Virus record (IMG/VR): IMGVR_UViG_3300017971_000207
Coordinates: 1-64,000 of that record
DNA: 64,000 nt
Direction: 5' to 3' (one strand)
DNA from: a virus
In this document: in pieces, positions 1 through 9,885 of the stretch
Layout: every line of letters starts with the position of its first letter
Position numbering within the stretch: position 1 is the first letter of the stretch
Program-made: the position numbers and the translations under genes
Notes under the pieces: model-generated
Seen by the model: the letters and a program-made list of their open reading frames with translations, nothing else
Told to the model about the DNA's origin: nothing
Database searches by the model: none

Positions 1-3000
1 CCTTATCCGCCGCGGCCTTGAGATTCTCCATGACGATCACCAACGGCCCCATCGCCTTACCGATCTTATCCGCGATCTCCTGAAGAACCTTCTTCAGCGA
101 ATCACGGATGGTCTCGAACATCTCCTTGAAGTACGTCTTCGCGCCCTCCCACGTAGTCTTGATCAGCTTCCACGCATCTATCAGCGGGTCCGTTATGAAC
201 TTGATCGCCTTCTTAACCAGAGGCTTCAGCTCCTTCTCCCACTTAGTGGGGTCAAACATCGTCGTAAAGAAGCCGACCAGCTTATCCCACAGCGTCTTCT
301 TACCCTCCTTCGGCACCAGGAAGTCGAAGGCCCCTAAGATCGTCTTCTTAACCTTCTTAAAGACGTTCTCCACGGCGGTTTGAACAGTCTTAAACGCATC
401 CTCAAGCCCCTTCTTCGAGTCGGTCCAGATCCTCTTGACGCCGTCGAGCGCCTGTTGCGCCTTAGTCTCCGCGGCCTTCCACATCCCAACCGCCGCCTTC
501 TTGAGTAACCCCCACTGCGTCCCAAACCACTTAAAGAGCTTGCCTGCCGTGGCCTTGATGGCCTTCCAGGTGTCCGCGAAGAACCCCACAGCCTTGTCGA
601 GGTCAGCCTTGATATCAGTGCTGATCGAGTTACCGAACAGGTTATCGACCCATGTCTCGATGGTATCGAATACCTCGTCGACCTTCGTATTGAAGTTGTC
701 GAAGTAGCCGATAATGTCCGAGATCACGGTGTCAACGGTGGACCCCACGTCGCCAAACACACCCTTAAAGAACTTCTTGACCCCGTCCCAGATAGGCTTG
801 ACGTGCACGTTCCAGGTGTCGATGAGCGCCTTCTCTATCGGGTCCCAGTAGGGCTTGATGACGCCCCACAGAGCCGCGAAGATGGCCTGGAAGGCTCCCT
901 TGATACCCTCCCAAACCGGCTTGATATGCTTCTCCCAGACCGCAATCGCCTTGTCCTGGATGAATACCCAGGCCGCGGCCGCCTCGGCTACGAGATCTGC
1001 CCAGATGACCTTAAAGAAGGTCTTGAGGTCGTTCCAAGCGCTCTCTATCTCGCGCCAGGCGGCCGTAGCGGCGCCCGCGAGGAGCTTCCAGCCGATGATG
1101 AGCACACGGTGGATAATATTGCCTATCGACTCCAGCACCTTCCAGACCGCTACGGCGCCGATCTTGATAACGCCCCAGATGGGCTCGACCACCACCCACA
1201 GCGCCTTGAAGCCCACCACCAGGCCGTCCCAGATAACCCCCGCAACGAACTTGAGAACAGTCCACCACACCTTGATACCCTCCCAGAAGACCGAGAGGAT
1301 TGGCTCGGTAATGGCCCACCACACCTTGAAGCCGAGCACTAGGAGGTCCACGACCGGCTTGGCGGCCTTCCAGACCTTATCAAAGGCAACGCCAAGACGA
1401 TCCATGATGCCCGGCCCCTCCTGCATCTTGGCCCACGCCTTCTTGACGTTCTCCCACATCTTGGTCAGCACTGGCCCGACAACAGCCCACATAGCCTGGA
1501 AGCCCTTGACCAGGTGCGTGCCCACCCAGATGACCACGTCCCAGAGGACGCCAAGGACAAACTTGAACCCCTTCCACCAGAGCGAAAGGATGGGCTTAGC
1601 TATCGTCCAGAACGTGTTCCAGCCGAGGATGAGACCATCAAAGATAAGGTCGACAACGACCCCAAGAACCTTCTGAACCGTCTGCAGAGCACTGACGATC
1701 CCGTCAAAGATAGGCAACGCCTCGGGCAGGTGCTTAGCTATCAGCTCCCGAATCTTCCCCAGCATACCCATGAGAAGGCTGCCCACCATCTCGCCCAAGG
1801 CACCAACCGCCTTGCGGAGCGCAGCCAGCAACATGGGGACACCCTTGATGATTAGGTCCGGGACCGTGGTAACAAACCAGTTCCAGATCTTCGGCCCCCA
1901 TTCCGCGAGCTTATCAACAATCCAGGCCCCAAGACCCGCTAACCACTTCTTAGCCTTCTCTACAAACGCCTCGGTCTTCGCAGGCGCCAGCATAAAGCCA
2001 GCAGTCAACGCCGCCAGCGCCGCCACCAACGCAATAATCGCGCCCTTCACCGAGAAGATGGTGCTAATCACCGTGCTCAGCGCGCCCCCCACCGCCTTGG
2101 CGATGACCACCACGGTGCCCCAGTTGGCTACGAGGGAGACAGCCGCCGAGACTAACCCCCCGATCGCACTGATGACCCCCCCGATAATCTTCCCGATAGG
2201 AAGAAAGGCCGACAGGGCAAAAGCACCAATAATGCCACTAGACGCCCCCTTGAACGTCCCGGCAGCCTTCTCCTTAAAGGACTTGCTCGGGTCCGCCCAT
2301 AGGTCCGTCATCCCCTTCCACCACTCGGCAAAATAGTTCTTGGCTGCCTCCTTAGCCATCCCCAGGCCCGCCTTGATAGCGTTGCCAATCGCGCCGCCGA
2401 TCTTCTTAGCCGCTGACGCCCCCTCAGCAGACGACGGGTCAAAGCCCTTGGTCAGCCCCGCAAAGACGCCCTTAGCTAGGTCAACAAGCGCCGGCAAGAG
2501 CTTGGTGGTAACGAGCCCACGGAGCTTCTTAACAGCCGCTACGATGGCTCCACCGAGCGCCGCAGCAACCCGCGACGTAGCCTTAAGCCCCTCCGGGCCC
2601 TTCGGATCAAACTGGCCTGTGAGGCCCAACCAAAAAGCCTCGGCGACCCTAACGAAGCCGGCTCCCAGCTTCAGAACAGACTTCTTGAGGGACTTGAGCA
2701 CGCTCCCCCACGTCTTGCTCCACTTGACGCCCTTGAAAGCCTCCTCCATCTCGCCGGCGAATCCCTCAATACTCTTTGCCGCCTTGTCTATCTCGCCGGG
2801 GAGCTTCTTTGCGAACTTCTCTACATCCTCACCTATCGCGTTGAAGGCGTCCCCCCACGTCTTACCCTTACCCAGACTCTTCTTGACCTTGTACAGATAG
2901 CTGAGGAAAACCGTCAGCGCGACAGCCGCGGCACCTATCACCGCTCCTAGAGGTCCGAAGGCTACCGCCAGCACCCCGATGCCTGCACCTACCGGAGCCA

Positions 3001-4969
3001 GCGTCTTCAGCAGCATGCCGAGGATGTGCACGAAGGGCTGCAGGAACTCAGGCAGCAGCCCCTTGGCGCCAAGCGCATGCATGTCCGCAAACATACCCAG
3101 GAGCACCTTGGTGGGCCCCTGAGCACCCTTCATCGCCTTCTGCATCTGCCCCATGGTCTTGGTGGTGTTCTTGACGAAGGCTTGGCGCCCCTTCCCCATC
3201 GCGCGGAACGCTGTCTCAAACTGTTGCTCCGCCATCTCGAACGCCTCTTGCAGCGTCCGCCCCGCGCTAAAACCCTCCTTCTGCAGCTGCCCGAGAGATG
3301 CAGTCGAGTTCATCGTCGACGCCATCATCTTCATCGTGCCTTCATCTGCCTCCTGTAAGAAGCGGATGAAGGCGCTGGAGTCAAAACCCTCAACGCCTTC
3401 CAGACGCCCACGGATGAACTCCAAAGCCTGCCCTACATCCCCTCCGCTCTCCTTAGTAGCCTTGAGCAGCTGATAGAGGCCCTGCACCATCCCTGCTGGC
3501 CCGTGCTGCATGAGATCAAAGGTGTCGCCCATGTTAATACCCATATGGGCGAACCTCTGCATAAGCTCGGGGATGTCCTCAGCAGCAGCCACGCGCAGAT
3601 TCTGGAATTGCTTCTGGGCCGAAACCATCGACTTGGCCAAGCCCATTGCAACCTCTGGAGCCTCCTCCATCCTCCCCGTAGCCTTCGCCATCGCGGCGCC
3701 TAATGCTGCCGTCTGCTTTGCGAACGACGCCAACTGCTTCGGCTGCAGGTTCATCCCCATCAGCGCCGCCTTATCCGAGAGAGTCGTGATCATCTCGGGC
3801 AGCTTACCCAAGGACTCCCCCACATTACCCGATACACGCCCCATCTCAATAAAGGTGGCGGTCACCCCCTTTATGTCCTCCCCCGACATATGAAGCTTGT
3901 GCATCTGCTCCATCATGTGGGCGTATTGCTTAGCACTCAGCCCTGTAACATCCGCAAGCGCTGCTAGGTCCTTCGCTGACTTGATATTTGTGTGCCGAAG
4001 CATCTCCGCGCTCTTGCGCCAGCCGACGATCGCCTCGGTAGCCTCCCCGGCCCCGATATTCAAAGCGATCGCCATCCCCCCAGCCTGCTTGGTTACCGCG
4101 CGCAGCTCCTTTCCCGTGAGCCCTAGATTGACCGCCGTCTTCTTTGACTCCTTGGCCATCGCGACGCCCTGAGCCTCAAGACTGTTGGTCAGGTTGAGCG
4201 CATCGCCCTGCAGCGCCTGCAGCGATGATCGAAACTTGTCGAGGGTCCGAGAGGACAGGCCGCTGATAAACTCCCTTAGCTTGTTAACGTTGAGCGACTC
4301 CCCCATCTTGCGGATAGAGTCTCGGACAAAACCAAAGCCCCCCTGGATAGTGGTCAGCGTCTTCTCGATCTTCTCTCCGATCTGCTTAAAACGCTCAGCA
4401 TACTGGGAAAGCTTATCCGTCGACTCGTTCTGCTTCTCCGCGACATCCTCCGCCGCCTTCCCGACATCATCCAAAGCCTTCGTGGCAGGCTCGACCGACT
4501 TAACATACTTATCCCACAAGCTAGTCAGCCGCGAGGTAACAGGCTGTGCCGCCTCAAGGATCCCGCGAAAGCTCTCCCCCACCCCAGCTATGCGCCCTTT
4601 AACCGACTCGACCGCCGGCCCCAACGTCGCATCCCAGGCCATCGACACAGCCTTCATGCCGCTCTCGAACGTGTCCTCCAACGGCTTGAAGTGCTCACGC
4701 AGGCTATCCACACTAGCCGCAGCGTTCTCGTATTGGGCAGCAAACGAGCGGCTCCAGCGATCAACCGTGGCAGCCGTTCGGTCCATCTCCCCAATCACAC
4801 CATCCAACGCTTTATTGACACCAGCTGCAGCAGGCTGAGCAACCTTGTTGACCTCACCGATGCCCCGGACGATGCCCGTGAAGCCAGAGGTGACCGACTT
4901 CTGCATCTTCTCTAGCCCCATATCCTTGGCGCCGAAGGAAAATCCAAGCCCGAGGAAATTCAAACCCAT
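1..4969 (-). CDS. Tape measure protein (3' end beyond window)
   Basis: Hand translation from the ATG at 4969 gives MGLNFLGLGFSFGAKDMGLEKMQK. The segments I translated are Ala/Gly-rich and helical with periodic Trp. It lies downstream of the tail chaperone. It is absent from the ORF track, consistent with no stop before the window edge. Confidence 0.9.
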   Translation of the reverse strand, partial: MGLNFLGLGFSFGAKDMGLEKMQKSVTSGFTGIVRGIGEVNKVAQPAAAGVNKALDGVIGEMDRTAATVDRWSRSFAAQYENAAASVDSLREHFKPLEDTFESGMKAVSMAWDATLGPAVESVKGRIAGVGESFRGILEAAQPVTSRLTSLWDKYVKSVEPATKALDDVGKAAEDVAEKQNESTDKLSQYAERFKQIGEKIEKTLTTIQGGFGFVRDSIRKMGESLNVNKLREFISGLSSRTLDKFRSSLQALQGDALNLTNSLEAQGVAMAKESKKTAVNLGLTGKELRAVTKQAGGMAIALNIGAGEATEAIVGWRKSAEMLRHTNIKSAKDLAALADVTGLSAKQYAHMMEQMHKLHMSGEDIKGVTATFIEMGRVSGNVGESLGKLPEMITTLSDKAALMGMNLQPKQLASFAKQTAALGAAMAKATGRMEEAPEVAMGLAKSMVSAQKQFQNLRVAAAEDIPELMQRFAHMGINMGDTFDLMQHGPAGMVQGLYQLLKATKESGGDVGQALEFIRGRLEGVEGFDSSAFIRFLQEADEGTMKMMASTMNSTASLGQLQKEGFSAGRTLQEAFEMAEQQFETAFRAMGKGRQAFVKNTTKTMGQMQKAMKGAQGPTKVLLGMFADMHALGAKGLLPEFLQPFVHILGMLLKTLAPVGAGIGVLAVAFGPLGAVIGAAAVALTVFLSYLYKVKKSLGKGKTWGDAFNAIGEDVEKFAKKLPGEIDKAAKSIEGFAGEMEEAFKGVKWSKTWGSVLKSLKKSVLKLGAGFVRVAEAFWLGLTGQFDPKGPEGLKATSRVAAALGGAIVAAVKKLRGLVTTKLLPALVDLAKGVFAGLTKGFDPSSAEGASAAKKIGGAIGNAIKAGLGMAKEAAKNYFAEWWKGMTDLWADPSKSFKEKAAGTFKGASSGIIGAFALSAFLPIGKIIGGVISAIGGLVSAAVSLVANWGTVVVIAKAVGGALSTVISTIFSVKGAIIALVAALAALTAGFMLAPAKTEAFVEKAKKWLAGLGAWIVDKLAEWGPKIWNWFVTTVPDLIIKGVPMLLAALRKAVGALGEMVGSLLMGMLGKIRELIAKHLPEALPIFDGIVSALQTVQKVLGVVVDLIFDGLILGWNTFWTIAKPILSLWWKGFKFVLGVLWDVVIWVGTHLVKGFQAMWAVVGPVLTKMWENVKKAWAKMQEGPGIMDRLGVAFDKVWKAAKPVVDLLVLGFKVWWAITEPILSVFWEGIKVWWTVLKFVAGVIWDGLVVGFKALWVVVEPIWGVIKIGAVAVWKVLESIGNIIHRVLIIGWKLLAGAATAAWREIESAWNDLKTFFKVIWADLVAEAAAAWVFIQDKAIAVWEKHIKPVWEGIKGAFQAIFAALWGVIKPYWDPIEKALIDTWNVHVKPIWDGVKKFFKGVFGDVGSTVDTVISDIIGYFDNFNTKVDEVFDTIETWVDNLFGNSISTDIKADLDKAVGFFADTWKAIKATAGKLFKWFGTQWGLLKKAAVGMWKAAETKAQQALDGVKRIWTDSKKGLEDAFKTVQTAVENVFKKVKKTILGAFDFLVPKEGKKTLWDKLVGFFTTMFDPTKWEKELKPLVKKAIKFITDPLIDAWKLIKTTWEGAKTYFKEMFETIRDSLKKVLQEIADKIGKAMGPLVIVMENLKAAADK

Positions 4970-5004
4970 GACGCCCTCAAAGTTTCTGTGCTAGAGTTAG
5001 CTTT

Positions 5005-5787
5005 ATGCGGAAGTACCGTAGCACCCCCAAGCTTACAGAAAAACAAGTAGAAGAGATACGAAGAAGGGCCGCTGAAGGAGAGAAGGGTAAGGACCTTGCG
5101 GAGAAGTTTAGTATATCTCGTGGAGCCGTGTCCCTGATACTCCGAGGTCTCACCTGGCCAGACGTCCCTGGCCCGCTCAAGCGCGTCCGACCACGTACCC
5201 AAACCGACACGAAACGCGAACGTGTCGAGCTCTGGCGCCCTGTCCCTGGGTACGAAAACCTCTACAGTGCCTCGAACCTCGGCAACATCCGCATCGAGGT
5301 CACACGCCACAACATCCGCGCGGGTACACACCTCCGACAGACCCGCGACCGCGACGGCTACCTGACTGTCACCCTCACTGACACGAAGAGCCCCAGGGCA
5401 TGTCGCGTGTCGCTGCTGGTCCTCGCGGCCTTTGTCGGACCCCGCCCCGCGGGCCTGGAGACCAACCACAAGGACGGTGATCGTCAGAACAACGCGTTGA
5501 GCAACCTGGAATACGTAACCAAGGCTGAGAACATCAAACACGCTGTCGAGGTGCTCGGTAGTGACCGCAAGGGGATCAACAACCCTTCGGCGAAGCTTGG
5601 CGAGCCGGAGGTCTTGGAGCTGCGCCGCCGCGCGGCCACCGGCGAACCCTACACCACCCTTGGAAAAGCCTTCGGCATCACAAGCGTGATGGCCCGGAAG
5701 ATAGCCACCGGCGAGTGCTGGGAGCACGTGGGAGGCCCCCGGACAACCAAGCGCAAGCTGGGGCGGCCGCCCCAGAGGCACCCCTAA
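5005..5787 (+). CDS. Free-standing NUMOD4-HNH homing endonuclease with HTH domains
   Basis: NUMOD4 motif WRPVPGYENLYSASNLGNIR; HNH motif NHKDGDRQNNALSNLEYVTKAENIKH; flanking HTH-like segments. It is the only convincing plus-strand gene. Confidence 0.92.
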   Translation: MRKYRSTPKLTEKQVEEIRRRAAEGEKGKDLAEKFSISRGAVSLILRGLTWPDVPGPLKRVRPRTQTDTKRERVELWRPVPGYENLYSASNLGNIRIEVTRHNIRAGTHLRQTRDRDGYLTVTLTDTKSPRACRVSLLVLAAFVGPRPAGLETNHKDGDRQNNALSNLEYVTKAENIKHAVEVLGSDRKGINNPSAKLGEPEVLELRRRAATGEPYTTLGKAFGITSVMARKIATGECWEHVGGPRTTKRKLGRPPQRHP

Positions 5788-5790
5788 GCA

Positions 5791-5811
5791 TCCCAGGTTG
5801 TTTAAGGGCAT
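5791..5811 (-). pseudogene. Orphaned original 5' end of tape measure gene (MPLNNLG)
   Basis: Strong SD (GAGGTGA) precedes ATG CCC TTA AAC AAC CTG GGA; parallels the MGLNFLG start at 4969. Confidence 0.6.
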
Positions 5812-5885
5812 TTTTCGCTCACCTCTTGTCTTATCACGAACCGTGTGGCCACGACAACGTAGCTGCGACCACGTGGTCGCGGCTG

Positions 5886-6092
5886 CTAGCGGCGCCGAGC
5901 GCGCATCTTAGCCGCCTCGGCCTCTTGCCGCCTTCGCCGTTTGTCCTCTAAGTCTAGCTTCTTACGAACAAGCCTCCTGCGTCTAGTAGTTGGGATGCTC
6001 ATGTAGTCCTGATAGGACCCATGCCACACCTCCATCAGGTAGAAGATCTCTTCTTCGAGGCCCTCAGCACCGAGGACGGGAAGAAAAAACCC
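5886..6092 (-). CDS. -1 frameshift extension of tail chaperone (GT-like product)
   Basis: G GGT TTT TTC slippery sequence at 6083-6092; the -1 frame reads LPVLGAEGLEEEIFYLMEVWHGSYQDYMSIPTTRRRRLV...RRR to TAG at 5886. Confidence 0.8.
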   Translation of the reverse strand, partial: GFFLPVLGAEGLEEEIFYLMEVWHGSYQDYMSIPTTRRRRLVRKKLDLEDKRRRRQEAEAAKMRARRR

Positions 6093-6853
6093 GCCTGGCT
6101 AACGTCCAGCTCCTCCTCAAACTCTAACCCACACTCGGGGCAGACCATCTCCAGAGAGGTATCCACACCCCCCTCAATATCCTCAAAGGCATCCCGCAGG
6201 GCGTTGCGGTCGCGAAGCCCGAGAGCCTGGACCATAGGCAACGTCGGCGGAGCCTCGTTGAGCATCTCCAGGCGCTGCAGAATGCCGAGCGACATAGCCT
6301 GCTTGGTGTTAGCGGCCTCCGCCAGGACCTCCTCGTCACGCCCTAGCAACGGGCGGTACCGCGCCACCTTGCCCGATGGGAGAGTAATGTCGTAGATGCG
6401 CTTCTTGGGGTTTGGCATAGGCTTCACCTCAAGATCGGCTAGGTCCAACGTGAACAGCCCGCTGTACTTGCACTCCTCAGACGGACACTTCCCCCGGAAG
6501 GGGTAGGCATCTCCCAAGGATGTGCGACGAATCGCAAACATCAGGAAGATGCGGTCACCCACCGTCAGCTCGCCGGCAATGCCCGAGAGAGTCTTATTGT
6601 CCGTTATCGTGCCCAGCCGCGTCGTGCATGCTGAGATGAGCTTCCCTACCTTCTTGTGGCCCGGTACTGCCTTGGAGGCGAGCATGTCCTCCTCGTGCCC
6701 CGTAATCTCCCTTACATCCACATCAACGTGGAGTACCCCCTCGGGGTCCAGATACCCGCAGGGCAACGTAAACATCCCAACGGAGCTTTTAGGCTCCTCC
6801 TGCTGTGCCTGCTGGACCGCCTCCAGCACCTGGTCTCGTCCTTGATCTACCAT
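6035..6853 (-). CDS. Tail assembly chaperone / baseplate-hub assembly protein (zinc-binding)
   Basis: Lies between tube genes and tape measure; CPSEEC and CPECG motifs; ends in a GFFF slippery site. Confidence 0.75.
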   Translation of the reverse strand: MVDQGRDQVLEAVQQAQQEEPKSSVGMFTLPCGYLDPEGVLHVDVDVREITGHEEDMLASKAVPGHKKVGKLISACTTRLGTITDNKTLSGIAGELTVGDRIFLMFAIRRTSLGDAYPFRGKCPSEECKYSGLFTLDLADLEVKPMPNPKKRIYDITLPSGKVARYRPLLGRDEEVLAEAANTKQAMSLGILQRLEMLNEAPPTLPMVQALGLRDRNALRDAFEDIEGGVDTSLEMVCPECGLEFEEELDVSQAGFFFPSSVLRASKKRSST

Positions 6854-6866
6854 CGTCCCTTCCTAT

Positions 6867-7490
6867 CTAGTGCGCCCCAGCGCGATCTTTCAGTAAGCTG
6901 TCAGCCTCCTCCTCGTACAGCCGGATAAGGGCCTTGAGGGAGTCTGTAACCGTAAGTCCTCGGGAGTTTACAAGCACCTTGAAGGTGGCATACGCCTGCC
7001 GGTCCACCCACACGTTGACCTTCACATCCGCACCCACGTCCTGCCAGCTGACAAGGTCATCAAAGCGCTCGGTGTCCCGCACGTACATCGACATGAGATA
7101 GCGCACCAGCGCCCCAGCGCTCCTGAAGCCGTTCAAGGCTTTGATCTTGTCGTACATCCGCCGGCTAACCCAGAAGTTCACCGGGCGCCGGGCCTCGCCG
7201 TTCGAGGTTGCCCGAGAGACCGCATCCCTCGCCATCTCGCACGCTCGGCACAGCACGCGGCCGTTGTCGATTGTGAGCTGGCCTCCGGCCTCCACCGGCA
7301 CCAGCATTATCACCCGCAGCTTATGCTTTCCGCCGCAGTTAGAGCAGCAGTCCCGAGTATTCACGAGCACCTGCTTCTCCCACTCGGCCCGCAGCTGTCC
7401 GGGGGTCATCTTCGCCGGGTCGAGCCCCTTCAGAAACTCGATGTGCTCCTCCACCCCTACCTGAACCTTCGGCTCCTCATCCTTAGACAT
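6867..7490 (-). CDS. Degenerate HNH-like zinc finger fused to two ribbon-helix-helix-like repeats; putative regulator
   Basis: CSNCGG...LCRAC zinc ligands without the catalytic His; RRPVNFWVSRRMYDKI and VKVNVWVDRQAYATF repeats. Confidence 0.55.
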   Translation of the reverse strand: MSKDEEPKVQVGVEEHIEFLKGLDPAKMTPGQLRAEWEKQVLVNTRDCCSNCGGKHKLRVIMLVPVEAGGQLTIDNGRVLCRACEMARDAVSRATSNGEARRPVNFWVSRRMYDKIKALNGFRSAGALVRYLMSMYVRDTERFDDLVSWQDVGADVKVNVWVDRQAYATFKVLVNSRGLTVTDSLKALIRLYEEEADSLLKDRAGAH

Positions 7491-7906
7491 TACCCTCTCC
7501 TTTGATCAAAAAGGCGGCGAAGCTCGGGTGGCTGCTCCTCAGCGGGCACGTCCCGCACCTTGCGAATATCCGTCCCCCGCAACCGCACCCACTCCCACGC
7601 AACCTCAGCCGAGCACGCATCCAGATCCAACGGCAGACTAAACACCTCATCAAACGCCGCGGTCACGCACCGCGCGCGGCCTGCGGGGGTGTACATCCAC
7701 ACGTCCACCACGGTGGCCTCGATCAGATACGACGCCAACGTCCGCACGTCCGCCTTGTGCGCGGCCCCAATCCAGATATCCCCGTCGAAGATGTCACTGA
7801 ACACCACCGACGCGCTAAACCACTCATCCACCGACTCGTCATAGCCGAGAGCGCAGAGCGCGAAGCGGTGGCTAAGATACACGTCGGTCACACGTGACCT
7901 TGCCAT
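7490..7906 (-). CDS. Divergent tail-tube-like paralog
   Basis: N-terminus (MARSRVTDVYLSHRF) and C-terminus (DLDACSAEVAWE) align by eye with the two tube-like genes upstream. Confidence 0.45.
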   Translation of the reverse strand: MARSRVTDVYLSHRFALCALGYDESVDEWFSASVVFSDIFDGDIWIGAAHKADVRTLASYLIEATVVDVWMYTPAGRARCVTAAFDEVFSLPLDLDACSAEVAWEWVRLRGTDIRKVRDVPAEEQPPELRRLFDQRRG

Positions 7907-7997
7907 ACCCTTGGTCCTTTCCTGTAGTGTGTACCTGGAGGTTACCTCACCTTTGAGGTAGGGCCAAGCGCGAAAGCTACCTCAGCATCGAGGTAAG

Positions 7998-8219
7998 CTA
8001 CCTGCGCCGTCGGCGCAGCCGCTGGAGCTGCTCCTCTACACGCCGAAGCAGCTCCTCATCCTCCTCGTCTCCATCGGCATCGGGGTAGGAGGGAAAGGTA
8101 CGACGGAGGGGCGTCCCCAACGGGACCGTATAACCTCCAGCGCTACCCGACGTGGTCTGCTCATCACTCCGCTTTCCGCGGCCCAGAAGGGACAGTAAGG
8201 CGGCTTTTGCAATAGCCAT
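7998..8219 (-). CDS. Hypothetical protein
   Basis: 73-aa ORF in operon orientation filling the gap. Confidence 0.5.
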   Translation of the reverse strand: MAIAKAALLSLLGRGKRSDEQTTSGSAGGYTVPLGTPLRRTFPSYPDADGDEEDEELLRRVEEQLQRLRRRRR

Positions 8220-8281
8220 AGGCTCAGGGTACCCCAGAGCAGTAAGGACGTCTAGGAGGCGCCTAGGCGCCGAGACGACGC

Positions 8282-8995
8282 CTACCCACCAAGGGTGATC
8301 TCCTCAAACATATCAACCGCGAGCTCTAGCTCCGCGACATGGACAGCGGATGAGTCGCCAGCCATGTCGGTACCTGCCTTGTACCGGACGGGTATAGCCC
8401 CCTGCAGCACATAGGCCCGCGCAGGGACGCGAATAGCAAACTGAAAAGGGCCGACGTTGGTAGTAAGGGCTGTTGCGGCCGCCAGGCCCACCGAGGCAGC
8501 TACCCCTGCTGCCAGCTGGATGGGGTTGACCCCTCCAACACCCGCGGCCATCACCGCCAGCCCGGCCACCCCGCCCAGCTCCGTCACCGCTACCAGGGGG
8601 TTGTCACTTATCCCCGAGCTAGCAAAGAACTGGATGAGCATCAGCGTGCGCCGAGGCGTAGGACCGGCATCCCCAAGCCCAATGGGCGCAAACGACGTGC
8701 TCGTCATATCCCCCGAGATTGAGGCTATGATCCAGCGCCAAAAGTCGTTGTCGTAGAAGAACACCCCGCGGCTAAGAGTGATGTTGCCGATGCTCCCCCG
8801 CCTCACCACCTTACGCGTAAAGTACCAGTTGCCCTCGTTTACGTCCTGGGTCTCCAGCGATATCTCGGGCGCCGTTATCGCCGAGAAACCAAACAGAGGC
8901 GTAAGTATGGGCATACCCATCGTGTCGCTCGGCCCGACATCCATAAGCCAGAAGCAGTGGCTCTGTAAAGGATCACCGAATTTAGTCCTAGGCAT
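8282..8995 (-). CDS. Tail tube-like protein (gp19 family; possible tube initiator)
   Basis: GFSAITAPEI...EGN...NITLSRGV...FWRW and PVRYKAGTDMAGDSSAVHVAELEL motifs of T4 gp19-like tubes. Confidence 0.8.
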   Translation of the reverse strand: MPRTKFGDPLQSHCFWLMDVGPSDTMGMPILTPLFGFSAITAPEISLETQDVNEGNWYFTRKVVRRGSIGNITLSRGVFFYDNDFWRWIIASISGDMTSTSFAPIGLGDAGPTPRRTLMLIQFFASSGISDNPLVAVTELGGVAGLAVMAAGVGGVNPIQLAAGVAASVGLAAATALTTNVGPFQFAIRVPARAYVLQGAIPVRYKAGTDMAGDSSAVHVAELELAVDMFEEITLGG

Positions 8996-9848
8996 GTCTC
9001 TCCCTCAGCTCCACGAAACGCCAATACTTCCGACCTCCCCGGATGCTACTAGGAACACCACCCCATAGCCACCTACCCAAGCCCACCGCTTGTGACCCAT
9101 ACACCCCAACCACGTATACCGGAGGCCCTCCTGGGCGCCGCACGGCCTCTTGTAGATTCCCACGCGTCCCTGTCACCTCCCGAACCACTCGCAAAAGCTC
9201 CTCCATGAACAGCCTACTGGCCGATGTCGCACGAAGCGTCACCCTCCTCTGGCCATTTGCGGTGCTCTCACTCACACACCCATCCGCCTCCCAGAAACCC
9301 CGCACGAAGTGAGACCTCAGCCCAGAGGGGAGGCTTCCGGGCCACCGCATGTCGTGAGTCTTAGCAGGCCCCAACCCAAAAACCTCCAAAGACTGCGCGA
9401 AGCGCACATTGTGAAAACGCACGGCATGGCAGCCCCCCGTTAAACACCTAATGCGGTGGTCCGCACCAAGGACGGCACAGACCTTCTCACACACATCCAG
9501 GTCTCCCGCCAGCTCCACCCCGTAGACCCGCCCCTTACGTCGACACACACAACCGTCGCCGTAAAGAAGACCGAGAACCCAGGCCCCGGCTGGTGTAAGA
9601 GCCCCTCGGAAGTAGCCCTCGTTCATGTGGTAGCGCCGTCGCCGGTCCCCGTCCCGAGAGGCATTGCGAGCCCCCGTGCGATACGCACGCCGAAGCCCCG
9701 CACTCTTCGAAAGCTTTATCCCCGCTGCACGGGCCCACGACCGCACAGCCCCAGCCGACGCCCCCACGGAGGCCGCCACCTCCACGGGAAAGCCTCCCTC
9801 CTGCAGCAACCGCACCGCCTGCTCCCTAACCTCGACAGGATAGCCCAT
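8988..9848 (-). CDS. Free-standing LAGLIDADG endonuclease (intein/DOD type) with N-terminal HTH
   Basis: AWVLGLLYGDG and FVRGFWEADG motifs; no Hint splicing motifs. Likely start is ATG 9848, just after a promoter (track start 9869). Confidence 0.88.
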   Translation of the reverse strand: MGYPVEVREQAVRLLQEGGFPVEVAASVGASAGAVRSWARAAGIKLSKSAGLRRAYRTGARNASRDGDRRRRYHMNEGYFRGALTPAGAWVLGLLYGDGCVCRRKGRVYGVELAGDLDVCEKVCAVLGADHRIRCLTGGCHAVRFHNVRFAQSLEVFGLGPAKTHDMRWPGSLPSGLRSHFVRGFWEADGCVSESTANGQRRVTLRATSASRLFMEELLRVVREVTGTRGNLQEAVRRPGGPPVYVVGVYGSQAVGLGRWLWGGVPSSIRGGRKYWRFVELRERHA

Positions 9849-9853
9849 AGCCA

Positions 9854-9882
9854 ACTGTAACGTGGCCACTACCCTGTATCAA
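9854..9882 (-). promoter_or_regulatory. Sigma70-like promoter for the LAGLIDADG gene (leaderless)
   Basis: TTGATA-17 nt-TACAGT, 5 nt before the ATG. Confidence 0.55.
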
Positions 9883-9885
9883 CAT

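Noticed and set aside
108-4915. Many plus-strand ORFs over the tape measure region and throughout the window
   Set aside because: They are antisense shadows of GC-rich minus-strand genes, with no motifs or SDs.
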